Below are positions 16,266-25,036 of a DNA stretch of 64,000 nucleotides, piece after piece. Source of the DNA: an uncultured Elusimicrobia bacterium (GTDB lineage: Bacteria > Elusimicrobiota > Elusimicrobia > UBA1565 > UBA9628); the NCBI GenBank assembly GCA_964358485.1, contig CAYHPY010000001.1:17382-81381 (forward strand), read 5' to 3'. Within the stretch, counting starts at the first letter, position 1. Every line of letters starts with the position of its first letter. A program made the translations under genes and the position numbers. Under the pieces are notes generated by a model. That model was not told where the DNA came from. It saw nothing but the letters and a program-made list of their open reading frames with translations, and searched no databases.

Positions 16266-16978
16266 TAGAAGCGGTGCAGGGCCGCCATGCCCAGTAGACC
16301 CAAACCGAAATACGCCAGGCCGCTCTTATCCTCGGCCTTATGCAGGCGCGGAACCAGGTCGGCGGCGCCGATGTAGATGAAGGAGCCCCCGGCAAACCCC
16401 AGCAGGGCGGCTGCGGCCCGGGGGGAACCCGCGGTCGAGCCCAGCGCGTTGAAGGCGGCCCCCGCCGGAGTGGCCGCGGCGACCAGGGTCAAGGAGATGA
16501 GACTCCGCGCCGGGCTCATCCCGGCTTGGGTAAACAACGAGGTCAGCGTGAAACCGTCGGCCAGCTTGTGCAGGGCCAGGGCGATTCCCACCGCGATGCC
16601 CGCCGGGACGCCGGCCGAGAAAGAAACGCCCAGGTTGAAACCGTCGATGAAGGAGTGGATCGTCAAGGCCGAAAACGCCGCCCAGCCCAGGTAGTGGACC
16701 CGGCATTGCTCCAGGTACTCGGGGCAGGAATCAAGCATCGCGAAACTGCCCATGGTAAACAACAGCACGAACGCCGCCACCGCCCCCCAGCCCGCCAAAG
16801 ACGGATCCTGGTTCCAGGCCTCCGGCAGAACCTCGGTGAAGGCCACGCCGATCAGGATTCCGGCGCGCAAGGAAAAAAGCCGCCACATCCCCGGCCGGGA
16901 AAGCATGTTCTTGATCAGCGGGGCCGTGCCTCCGGCGAAGGTCATCGCGACGGCCAAGATCGTGAAAGTGAGAAGCAT
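16265..16978 (-). CDS. ZIP-family zinc/metal transporter (ZupT-like).
   Basis: Eight TM helices with HSFIDGFNLG and LALHKLADGF metal-binding-type motifs. The start was chosen at MLLTF, downstream of the lpxB stop. Confidence 0.75.
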   Translation of the reverse strand: MLLTFTILAVAMTFAGGTAPLIKNMLSRPGMWRLFSLRAGILIGVAFTEVLPEAWNQDPSLAGWGAVAAFVLLFTMGSFAMLDSCPEYLEQCRVHYLGWAAFSALTIHSFIDGFNLGVSFSAGVPAGIAVGIALALHKLADGFTLTSLFTQAGMSPARSLISLTLVAAATPAGAAFNALGSTAGSPRAAAALLGFAGGSFIYIGAADLVPRLHKAEDKSGLAYFGLGLLGMAALHRF

Positions 16979-16991
16979 GGGCTTGCCTATA

Positions 16992-18101
16992 TTATAGAAG
17001 AATCCCGCTGTCCTGAAGGATTTCGGCCGCGGCCCTTCCGGCACCGCCGGGGGACCCCAGGCGCGAGCGGATTTCCAGGAGCTCCCGCCGGACGGCCGAC
17101 CAGGCCGCGGGATCCCCCAGGATCGGGGCCACCGCGGCGGCGATTTTTTCCGGCTTGGCGTCGCGCTGGATAAGCTCGGGCGCCAGCCGCTTTCCGGCCA
17201 GGAGATTGGCCATGGCGATGTAGGGGACCTTGATCAGAGTCCGGGCGATGGCGTAGGTGGGCCAGGAGAGCTTGTAGACCACGGCCATGGGCACCCCCAG
17301 CAGGGCGTTTTCCAAAGTGGCCGTGCCGGAGGAGCTGATGGCGAAATCCAATGAGGAGCGCAGGGCGTAATCGCGCTCCCGGACCACGGGCAGGGGGACG
17401 CCTCCGGGGCCATTATAAGCGGAATCGGGCAGGGACGCCGCCGCAAAGAGGCGCGCCCGGGCGCCGGGAAAGCGTTTTTTTAACAGATCGAAAGTTTTCA
17501 GGAACACCGGAAGGTGGCGGCGCACCTCGGAGGCGCGCGAGCCCGGCAGCAGGCCGATCAAGGGCTTGTCCGACGGGGCGTCCCGGGGCGGGGCGGGGGG
17601 CATAAGGTCCAAGAGCGGGTGGCCCACATAGAGGCAGTCCACGCCCGCCTCCCGGTAGAGCTTTTCCTCGAACGGAAAGATCACCAGCATCTTGCGGACT
17701 AGTTTTTTTAGAACCTGAATGCGCCCCGGGCGGCTGGCCCAGACCTGGGGGCTGACGTAGTAGTAGGCGGGGACTTTGGCCGCCGCCGCGAAGGACAGCA
17801 CCCGGCGGTTGAAGCCGTAGTAGTCGATGCAGACCAGGGCCGAGACCTTGCGTTCCTTCATGAACCGTCCCAATCGGAATCCCAGGCGGGTGAAAAAGGG
17901 CAGGGCCGCCAGGGGCTCCAGAAAACCGGTCATGCCTCTTGTCGCCAAGTCCTCCAGGAATTCGTGGGCCTCGGCCTTCATTAAGGGGCCGCCGACGGCC
18001 GCGATCCGCGCGGAGGGTTCGCGCGCCTTGAGTTCGCGGATCAAGTTGGCGCCGTGGAGATCGCCCGAGGGGTCGCCGGCGACGAGGAGGATGGTCCGCA
18101 T
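16992..18101 (-). CDS. lpxB: Lipid-A-disaccharide synthase.
   Basis: MRTILLVAGDPSGDLHGANLIRELK... matches the typical LpxB N-terminus. Length is 369 aa. Confidence 0.85.
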   Translation of the reverse strand: MRTILLVAGDPSGDLHGANLIRELKAREPSARIAAVGGPLMKAEAHEFLEDLATRGMTGFLEPLAALPFFTRLGFRLGRFMKERKVSALVCIDYYGFNRRVLSFAAAAKVPAYYYVSPQVWASRPGRIQVLKKLVRKMLVIFPFEEKLYREAGVDCLYVGHPLLDLMPPAPPRDAPSDKPLIGLLPGSRASEVRRHLPVFLKTFDLLKKRFPGARARLFAAASLPDSAYNGPGGVPLPVVRERDYALRSSLDFAISSSGTATLENALLGVPMAVVYKLSWPTYAIARTLIKVPYIAMANLLAGKRLAPELIQRDAKPEKIAAAVAPILGDPAAWSAVRRELLEIRSRLGSPGGAGRAAAEILQDSGILL

Positions 18102-18266
18102 GGGAGGAAGGCTATTTTAGGAAATTTGGGGGGGCTGCCCCATACCATGAAATCTCGGACACTGGATCCGAATATTCATGGTGGCAATGGCTCCCCGCCG
18201 ACTGCGCCCAGACAATCCCGGCCCCAGAACTGGCATTTGTCCGCTTTCGGAGCTATCCTATTCCGA

Positions 18267-18986
18267 ATGCCGAAGCCTTCCGGCGGCCGCCCCATCCCCG
18301 TCCGCGCGGTCCGCGCCGTCATCGGGTTCGGCCAGGAAATTTTTTACGGGATGATTTTCCAATCCCGAGCCTGCGGGGCCGTGCCGGTGGAATGCGGGCG
18401 GCCTTTCCTGGTCGTGGCCAACCACGCCAGCCATTTGGACGGAGGCCTGATCAAGCACGCCATGGGCCCGGCGGGACACGGCCTGGGGTTTATGGCGGCC
18501 AAGGATTATTTCTTCGGCTCCCGCTTGGGGCGCTTCGTCTTTTCGAATTTCACCAATCTCATTCCCATGAGCCGGGGGCGGGATTTCGCCGAGTCTGCGC
18601 GGGCGGCGGGGACGGCCTTTAAAGCGGGCCGGAGCGTGGCCATTTTCCCGGAGGGAACCCGCTCCACGACGGGAGAGATATCTCCTTTCAAGCCCGCGGC
18701 GGGCTTTTTGACAATTAAAAACGAGGTGGATGTACTTCCAGTCTACATTTCCGGGGTCTTCGAGGCCCTTCCCAAGGGAGCCTTGATTCCCAAAGGCCGG
18801 GATTTGGCCGCCCATTTCGGGGAGCCGCTGGTTTTTTCGGAACTCAAGCGCCGCATCGGCGATTTGCCCGACAAGGAGGCTTATCACGCGGCGACGGCGG
18901 TCATGGAAGCGGAGGTCCGGCGCTTGGAGGCCGAGCACGCCAAGAACTGCCGGGCCCGCCAGGCCGGCCGCCCTAATAGCCCCTGA
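18267..18986 (+). CDS. 1-acyl-sn-glycerol-3-phosphate acyltransferase family protein (PlsC-like).
   Basis: HxxxxD motif (VVANHASHLDG) and FPEGTRS motif. The start is uncertain; an alternative start lies near 18147. Confidence 0.7.
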   Translation: MPKPSGGRPIPVRAVRAVIGFGQEIFYGMIFQSRACGAVPVECGRPFLVVANHASHLDGGLIKHAMGPAGHGLGFMAAKDYFFGSRLGRFVFSNFTNLIPMSRGRDFAESARAAGTAFKAGRSVAIFPEGTRSTTGEISPFKPAAGFLTIKNEVDVLPVYISGVFEALPKGALIPKGRDLAAHFGEPLVFSELKRRIGDLPDKEAYHAATAVMEAEVRRLEAEHAKNCRARQAGRPNSP

Positions 18987-19017
18987 AGATGGCCGGCACA
19001 GCGGGGCTGCCGCCCCG

Positions 19018-19779
19018 TTAGGTTCGTTTGAAGGCGAAGGGGCCGAAGGCCTGCATGACCGGCATGAGCTCCACGCGGTTGATGTTGACGTGGCGCGGGA
19101 GGGTGGCGGCCCAGAAGATGGCCTCGGCCACGTCCTCGGCGTTCAAGGGCTTGAGCCCGGCGTAGGGCTGGGCGGCCTTGGCCGCGTCGCCCTTGAAGCG
19201 CACCAGGGAAAATTCCGTCTCGGCCAGGCCCGCGGCGATGTCGGTGACCCGGACGTTGGCGCCGAGCAGGTCCGCCCGCAGGTTGAGGGCGAATTGCTTG
19301 ACGAAGGCCTTGGTGGCCCCGTAGGCGTTGCCCCCCGGGTACGGGTGGTCGGCGGCAACCGAACCTAAAAGGATGACATGGCCCTCGTCGCGCTCGACCA
19401 TGCCGGGCAGGAAGGTCCGGACCGTGTAGAGCATGCCGGTGATATTGGTGGCCACCATCTCCTCCCAATCCTCCAGGCGGGCCTTGGGGGCGGGTTCCAG
19501 GCCCAGGGCCAGCCCGGCGCTGGCGATGATGATGTTCACGCCGTCAAAGGGGGGCTTGAGGCTCCTGGCCAGAGCTTCCACGGCCTTGCGGTCGCGGACG
19601 TCCAGAACCGCGGTCAGGCAGGCCTTGCCGAGTTCTTTCTTAAGGGCGGCCAGGCGGTCGGCCCGGCGTCCGGTCGCGATCACCCGGGCGCCGGCCTTGG
19701 CAAATCTGCGGCAGGCGGCGGCGCCGAAGCCCGAGGTGGCTCCGGTCACGAGGACGGTCAGGGTCTTGGGATCAGTCAT
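19018..19779 (-). CDS. SDR-family NAD(P)-dependent oxidoreductase.
   Basis: TGATSGFG Rossmann motif, the NIIIASAG motif, and the YxxxK catalytic motif (YGATKAF). Confidence 0.8.
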   Translation of the reverse strand: MTDPKTLTVLVTGATSGFGAAACRRFAKAGARVIATGRRADRLAALKKELGKACLTAVLDVRDRKAVEALARSLKPPFDGVNIIIASAGLALGLEPAPKARLEDWEEMVATNITGMLYTVRTFLPGMVERDEGHVILLGSVAADHPYPGGNAYGATKAFVKQFALNLRADLLGANVRVTDIAAGLAETEFSLVRFKGDAAKAAQPYAGLKPLNAEDVAEAIFWAATLPRHVNINRVELMPVMQAFGPFAFKRT

Positions 19780-19825
19780 GGAAGTCAAGCAAGTCAAGCA
19801 TGTCAACCACCGGCACCGTTAGCCG

Positions 19826-20872
19826 TTAGGTGTTTTTGAGGATGTCCTTGCCGACGGATTTGGCGATGGTGCCCAGGTCGCGCGCCCAGTCGGGGATGAG
19901 GGGGCGGGTTCCTTGGTAGTTGGACACCTCGTAGCGCTCGAGCTCGTCGGAAATTTGGAGGGCGAGCTTGAGGGCCTCGATGCCGTGCTCGCCGCTGGGC
20001 CAGGGCTTGCGGTTGTGGCGGACGCAGTCCAAAAAGTGGATGTGCTCGCTTTTGAGGGGCTCGGTCTGGGAGAGCTTGGGGCGGATGATCTCGACGTCCC
20101 GGAGGCTCTTGATCACCGGGGATTTGCGCTTGTAGATCTTGAGCGCGGTGTTGGCGTAGTCGAGCGAAATGTAGGAGTCCTTTTGGAAGACCCGGAGCTT
20201 GCGGCATTTCTCCAGGGAGATGCGGCTGGCGGTCAGGTCGGCGATGCAGCCCGTCTTGAAGCGGACGCGGACGTTGGCGATGTCCTCGTGGGGCGAAAGC
20301 AGATTGGCCCCCACGGCCTCCAGGCTTTCGACCTCCGAGCCGACCAAGGTCAGCAGGATGTCCAGGTCGTGGATCATGAGGTCCAGGACGACGCCGATGT
20401 GCGACATCCGGGGATCGTAGGGCCCCAGGCGCTCCACGGTGATAAATCGCGGGTTGCGGATGTGGGGGATGGCCTCCAGGACCGCGGGGTTGAAGCGTTC
20501 CACGTGACCAACCTGCAAAACCGCGCCCCGGGCCTCGGCCATGGCCAGGAGCTGTTTGGCCTCCTCCACCGAGGCGGCCAGGGGTTTTTCGATGAGGCAG
20601 TGGATGCCCTTGTCCAGGGCGGCCAGGCCGACCTCCAGGTGCAGGGGCGTGGGCACCGCGATCACCAGCGCGTCGATCTTGCCCAGGATTTCCTTGTAGT
20701 CCCGGCAGGCGATGGTGTTGGCCTTCCAGGCGGCGAGCTGGGCCCGCCAGATATTGGTGTCGCAGACCGCGACCAGTTCCGCGTCGGCGATCTTTCCCAG
20801 GATGCGGGCGTGGTGGGCGCCGATCTTGCCGGCCCCGACGACCGCGATCTTGATGCGGGACGGTTTGCTCAT
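19826..20872 (-). CDS. Gfo/Idh/MocA-family oxidoreductase in the lipid A cluster.
   Basis: N-terminal Rossmann fold IKIAVVGAGKIGAHHAR and the conserved EKP motif (CLIEKPLA). The start overlaps the lpxI stop (ATGA). Confidence 0.75.
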   Translation of the reverse strand: MSKPSRIKIAVVGAGKIGAHHARILGKIADAELVAVCDTNIWRAQLAAWKANTIACRDYKEILGKIDALVIAVPTPLHLEVGLAALDKGIHCLIEKPLAASVEEAKQLLAMAEARGAVLQVGHVERFNPAVLEAIPHIRNPRFITVERLGPYDPRMSHIGVVLDLMIHDLDILLTLVGSEVESLEAVGANLLSPHEDIANVRVRFKTGCIADLTASRISLEKCRKLRVFQKDSYISLDYANTALKIYKRKSPVIKSLRDVEIIRPKLSQTEPLKSEHIHFLDCVRHNRKPWPSGEHGIEALKLALQISDELERYEVSNYQGTRPLIPDWARDLGTIAKSVGKDILKNT

Positions 20873-21621
20873 GGGAGGTCCTTGAGGCCGATGATGGCCA
20901 TGCCCTGGGCGTCGGCCTGCCGGAGGAACTCGTCCTTGTTGAAGATCATGGTTTTTCCGGCTTCGAGGGCTAAAGCCGAGACTTTAGTCTCGGCAAACAC
21001 TTTTAAGGAGTCCATGCCAAGGACGGGGATGTCGAAACGGAGGTCTTGATTCGGTTTCGCCACTTTAACGACTACCAGGAACGGATCTTTGCCGAAGGAA
21101 CGGGCTAACGAGCTTGCCCGCCTGACGGCGGAATCAGTCCCCTCCATGGCTTCCACGGCGATGACCGCGCCTTCCCGGACCACCACGGTCTGTCCGATGT
21201 CGAACCCCGCCACGGCCTTGGCGGCCCGCCAGCCGAGGCGGATGTCGGCCAGCTCCGCGGCGTCGGGGGCGCGCTTGGTGAGGGGGCCTTCCTGGGCCAT
21301 CAAGTGAGAAAGATAGGTGACCGAGGACAGGAGTTCAATTCCGTCCTTGGCGAACTCGTCGGCGACGGCCTTGAGGATGGTGTCGGTGCGCTTGTCGGCG
21401 AGTTTGGCCAGGATCTTGACCGTTCGCAGGTCCGGGATGATTCCGCCGAAGACCGAAGCGTGCTGGACCTTGCCGGCCATCACGGCCTGGGCCACCCCGG
21501 CGGCCTTGAAGGCCTGGATGGGCTTGTCGATCTGCCCGAGCTTGAAGTAGTGGACCTTGGACACCAGCTTTTCCAGGGCCTGGTCGGTGACCCCGGTCAG
21601 GGCCACGGCCACCACCTCCAC
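20869..21621 (-). CDS. lpxI: UDP-2,3-diacylglucosamine hydrolase LpxI (DUF1009). The ORF-track start is GTG at 21621, but the true start is probably near 21690-21702.
   Basis: DIGQTVVVREGAVIAVEAMEGTDSAVRR and RFDIPVLGMDSL resemble the LpxI core. The conserved N-terminal motif IVGLIAGSGSFPLLFAEEARRAG is encoded in-frame upstream of the GTG, at 21622-21696. Confidence 0.75.
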   Translation of the reverse strand: MEVVAVALTGVTDQALEKLVSKVHYFKLGQIDKPIQAFKAAGVAQAVMAGKVQHASVFGGIIPDLRTVKILAKLADKRTDTILKAVADEFAKDGIELLSSVTYLSHLMAQEGPLTKRAPDAAELADIRLGWRAAKAVAGFDIGQTVVVREGAVIAVEAMEGTDSAVRRASSLARSFGKDPFLVVVKVAKPNQDLRFDIPVLGMDSLKVFAETKVSALALEAGKTMIFNKDEFLRQADAQGMAIIGLKDLP

Positions 21622-21698
21622 CCCGGCCCGGCGGGCCTCTTCCGCGAACAGCAGGGGGAAGGAGCCCGAGCCGGCGATGAGCCCGACGATTTTTCGGT

Positions 21699-22502
21699 CT
21701 ATAGCGTGACTTCCTCTTCGGCTTGGACGCCGGTGGCCGGCCGCGTGATGCCTCTCTTGGACCCGTCGATCATGCGGACCATGTCCTGGACTTCGGTCAC
21801 GCCCGAGGCGCGGACCTCGGCCAGGGCCTCGTCCCAGGGGCGGCCGCTCAAAAACAGGGTGCGGTAGGCCTCGCGGATGGCGGAGACCGAATCTCGGTGC
21901 AGGCCCGCGCGGCGCATGCCCACGAGGTTGAGGCCCCGCAGCGTGGCGCGGTCGCCCTGGGCGTTGCAGAAAGACGGGACGTCCTTGGCCACCATGGAGC
22001 CGGCGCCCAGCATGCAGAAGCGCCCGATCTTGACGTATTGGTGGACGCCGACAAATCCCCCGAAGACGCAGCCGTCGCCGACCTCGACGTGGCCGGCCAG
22101 CGCCACGCAGTTGGCCAGGATGACCTGGTTTCCCAGTTGGCAGTCGTGGGCCACGTGGGAGCAGGTCATGAAGAGGCAGTCGTTGCCGATCTTGGTCTCC
22201 CCGAAGGCGGCGGTGCCGCGGTTGAGGGTGGCGCCTTCGCGCACCTTGTTGCGGTCGCCCATCACCAGCAGGGTCTTCTCCCCGGCGTATTTGAGGTCCT
22301 GCGGGGCCACGCCGATGTAGGAGGCGTCGGAGATGATATTGTCCTTGCCCATGTGGACGAATTCCAGGACCGCGTGGGCGCCGATGACGGTTCCGGCCCC
22401 GACGACCACGTCCTCCCGGATGACGGTGTAGGGGCCGACCTTGACGGAGGGGTCGAGTTTGGCCGACGGATCAATGATTGCGGTCGGGTGGATGTTATTC
22501 AT
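21699..22502 (-). CDS. lpxA: UDP-N-acetylglucosamine O-acyltransferase.
   Basis: Left-handed beta-helix hexapeptide repeats. MNNIHPTAIIDPSAKLDPSVKVGPYTVIREDVVVG is the typical LpxA N-terminus. Confidence 0.9.
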   Translation of the reverse strand: MNNIHPTAIIDPSAKLDPSVKVGPYTVIREDVVVGAGTVIGAHAVLEFVHMGKDNIISDASYIGVAPQDLKYAGEKTLLVMGDRNKVREGATLNRGTAAFGETKIGNDCLFMTCSHVAHDCQLGNQVILANCVALAGHVEVGDGCVFGGFVGVHQYVKIGRFCMLGAGSMVAKDVPSFCNAQGDRATLRGLNLVGMRRAGLHRDSVSAIREAYRTLFLSGRPWDEALAEVRASGVTEVQDMVRMIDGSKRGITRPATGVQAEEEVTL

Positions 22503-22545
22503 AAAAAATCCTCGAAAGAAATTAACGGGAACGAAACGAGAGAGT

Positions 22546-22572
22546 CCAGGCTGCCGTTACGCGGCAGCCTGG
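22546..22572 (-). other. Perfect 11-bp stem / 5-nt loop hairpin spanning the fabZ stop codon, lying between fabZ and lpxA.
   Basis: CCAGGCTGCCG-TTACG-CGGCAGCCTGG. On the mRNA the loop contains the fabZ UAA stop. No U-run follows the hairpin. Confidence 0.6.
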
Positions 22573-23060
22573 GCTTTGTCCACCAACGCAAAGGTCATTT
22601 CGGCCTCGGCGGCCATTTTCCCGTCGACGAAGGCTTCGCCGCGGAACTTGCCGGCACGGCCCAGGCGCAGGACCTCGATGTGGAGCTTGAGCACCATGCC
22701 CGGCAGGACCGGGGCGCGGAACTTCGCCTCGCTGATGCCCATGAATAGGGCCAGCTTGCCCGCCGCGGCCGAGCCCCCGCCTTTGGAGAGGAGCATGACG
22801 CAGGCGGCCTGGGCCAGGGCCTCGATGATGAGGACGCCGGGCATGATGGGCTGTTCGGGGAAGTGGCCGTTGAAGAAGGGCTCGTTGATGGTGACCATCT
22901 TGGTGCCGATCGCGCGTTTGTCCTCTTCCATGACTTCCACCTTGTCCACCAGCAGAAACGGGTAGCGGTGGGGGATGGCCTTGCGGATGCCGTTGATGTC
23001 GACGACGCGGACGGGCTGGGCGGCCGGGGACGGGGTGTTGGGAGCGGTTTCCGTGGTCAT
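22557..23060 (-). CDS. fabZ: 3-hydroxyacyl-ACP dehydratase.
   Basis: IPHRYPFLLVDKV...EPFFNGHFPEQPIMPGVLIIEALAQ is the hotdog-fold FabZ signature. The start was chosen at MTTET. Confidence 0.9.
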   Translation of the reverse strand: MTTETAPNTPSPAAQPVRVVDINGIRKAIPHRYPFLLVDKVEVMEEDKRAIGTKMVTINEPFFNGHFPEQPIMPGVLIIEALAQAACVMLLSKGGGSAAAGKLALFMGISEAKFRAPVLPGMVLKLHIEVLRLGRAGKFRGEAFVDGKMAAEAEMTFALVDKAQAAA

Positions 23061-23079
23061 GTGTTCCTCCGTGGGTCGG

Positions 23080-23955
23080 TTATTTGGCGGCGGCCGCGGT
23101 CTTGCGCAGCTTGGCCGCCGCGTCGTTGAGCCGTTTGGCGAATTCAATGTTGTGCGCGTGGCCCGGGCACTCGGCCTCGATGCGCATGTTGAACAGCGGG
23201 CGCCCGATCAAGGTGAGGTCTCCCAATAGGTCCAGCATCTTGTGCCGGACGAACTCGTCCGGGAATCTCAGTCCCTCGGTGTTGGTCAGGAATTTGTCCG
23301 TGGCGATGACGATGGCGTTGTTCAAGGAGCCGCCTTGGGCCAGTCCCTGGGATTTGAGGTAGGCAACCTCGTGCTCGAAGCAGAAGGTCCGGGCCGTGGC
23401 CAGCTCCCGGGCGTAGTTGTCGGTGTCGATCTTGGCCGTGAGCGTGGACTTAGGCATCATCGGATGGTCGTGGATAAGGGTGGCCGAAATCTCCAGGCCC
23501 TCGGCCGGGATCGCGCGGTACTTGGACTTGCCGTCCTCGTAGCGGACCTCGCCCGCGAATTGCAGGATGCGTTTGGGGGCGTACGGGAAGGTTTGCAGGC
23601 CCGCCTTGAGCAGGGCCTGCAGAAAGGGCATGGAGGACCCGTCCATGATGGGCGGCTCGTTGGCCGTGACCAGGATGTCGACGTTGTCGATGCCCAGCCC
23701 GGTGCAGGCCGAGAGGACGTGCTCGACGGTGTGGACCTTGGCCTCGTTGAGTCCCAAATTGGTGCCGCGCACGGTGGCGACCACGAACTGCAGGCGCGCC
23801 GGGATCATCGGCGAACCGGGAAGGTCGGTCCGGAAAAAACGGATTCCGGTGTTGGCCGGGGCGGGGCGGAAGGTGAGCTTGGACAGGTTGCCGGTGTGCA
23901 GGCCGATGCCCTCCAGGGTGATTTCGGACTGGATGCTGGTCTGGGGAACGTTCAT
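23080..23955 (-). CDS. lpxC: UDP-3-O-acyl-N-acetylglucosamine deacetylase.
   Basis: LEGIGLHTGNLSKLTFRPAPANTGIRF...KVHTVEHVLSA...HKMLDLLGDL are LpxC motifs. Confidence 0.9.
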   Translation of the reverse strand: MNVPQTSIQSEITLEGIGLHTGNLSKLTFRPAPANTGIRFFRTDLPGSPMIPARLQFVVATVRGTNLGLNEAKVHTVEHVLSACTGLGIDNVDILVTANEPPIMDGSSMPFLQALLKAGLQTFPYAPKRILQFAGEVRYEDGKSKYRAIPAEGLEISATLIHDHPMMPKSTLTAKIDTDNYARELATARTFCFEHEVAYLKSQGLAQGGSLNNAIVIATDKFLTNTEGLRFPDEFVRHKMLDLLGDLTLIGRPLFNMRIEAECPGHAHNIEFAKRLNDAAAKLRKTAAAAK

Positions 23956-23959
23956 GGAG

Positions 23960-25036
23960 CTACTCCCGCCGGTCTCCGGCCGCCGCCTTGGGCGCGCCGA
24001 GGCCGAGCTTTTTTTTGATCTCCTTGACCGAATCGAACAAGTCGGGAAGCCGGCTGTAGAGGGCCTGGAGCTTCATGGCCTCCCGGTGGGGGCGGGACGG
24101 GGAGCCGAAGATCATGGCGCCCTTCTCGACGTCGCCCATCACCCCGGTCTGCGCGAGCACGATGGCCCCGTCGCCGATCTTGAGGTGGCCGATGAGCCCG
24201 GCTTGGCCCGCCAGGATCACGCGGTCGCCGATCTCGGTCGAGCCGGAGACTCCGACCTGGGACACGATGAGGCAGTCCTTGCCGGTTTTGACGTTGTGGG
24301 CCAGCATGACCAGATTGTCGATCTTGGTGCCCGCGCCGACCACGGTGGAGCCGACGGTGGCCCGGTCGATGGTCACGTTGGAGCCGATTTCGACGTCGTC
24401 CTCGATGACGACGTTGCCCAATTGGGGGATTTTCCGGTGGCGTCCGGTCTTCTTGTCGGTGGAAAATCCGTAGCCGTCGCCCCCGATGACCGCCCCGGGC
24501 TGGACGATGACGCGGTCCCCCAGGACGCAGTCCTCGCGCACGACGACACGCGGGTGGAGGAGGCAGTCCTTCCCGATCCGGGCGCCGGCCCCGATGAAGC
24601 ACAGGGCCTCGATCCGGGCCCCGGCTTCCACGACCGCGCCTTTTTCGATAACGGTGAACGCCCCGATCGAGGCGTCCGGGGCCACCTGGGCTTCCGCGTG
24701 GATTTCGGCCTTGGGATGGCGCGCGCGGGGGGGCTTGGGCCGGGCGTCGTTGATGAGGTTGAGGACCTGGGAGAATGCGTACTGGGGATCCTCCACGAAG
24801 ATTCGGTTGGCCGCGCCGCAGGGAAGGTCCTTGTTGGCGGTCGGGAGGATGAGGCAGCCCGCCTTGGAGGCCGCCGCGGCCCCCGTGTATTTCTGGTTGC
24901 CCAGGAAGGAGGCGTCCTTGGGCCCGGCTTCCGCCAGGCCCGCGGCGCCCTCGAGCGGATAGGAGGGATCTCCCGACAGTTCCCCGCCCACGATCCCGGC
25001 CAGTTCTCCCACCGTCAATCGGATTTTCATGGTCAT
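23960..25036 (-). CDS. lpxD: UDP-3-O-(3-hydroxyacyl)glucosamine N-acyltransferase.
   Basis: The N-terminal domain is followed by extensive hexapeptide repeats. Length is 358 aa. The gene sits between skp and lpxC. Confidence 0.85.
   Translation of the reverse strand: MTMKIRLTVGELAGIVGGELSGDPSYPLEGAAGLAEAGPKDASFLGNQKYTGAAAASKAGCLILPTANKDLPCGAANRIFVEDPQYAFSQVLNLINDARPKPPRARHPKAEIHAEAQVAPDASIGAFTVIEKGAVVEAGARIEALCFIGAGARIGKDCLLHPRVVVREDCVLGDRVIVQPGAVIGGDGYGFSTDKKTGRHRKIPQLGNVVIEDDVEIGSNVTIDRATVGSTVVGAGTKIDNLVMLAHNVKTGKDCLIVSQVGVSGSTEIGDRVILAGQAGLIGHLKIGDGAIVLAQTGVMGDVEKGAMIFGSPSRPHREAMKLQALYSRLPDLFDSVKEIKKKLGLGAPKAAAGDRRE

Noticed and set aside
19826-20872. Naming the lipid-A-cluster Gfo/Idh/MocA gene gnnA.
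   Set aside because: Family membership alone does not discriminate GnnA from dozens of other sugar dehydrogenases, and no gnnB-type (DegT) aminotransferase is adjacent. It is kept as a generic oxidoreductase and discussed as a hypothesis only.
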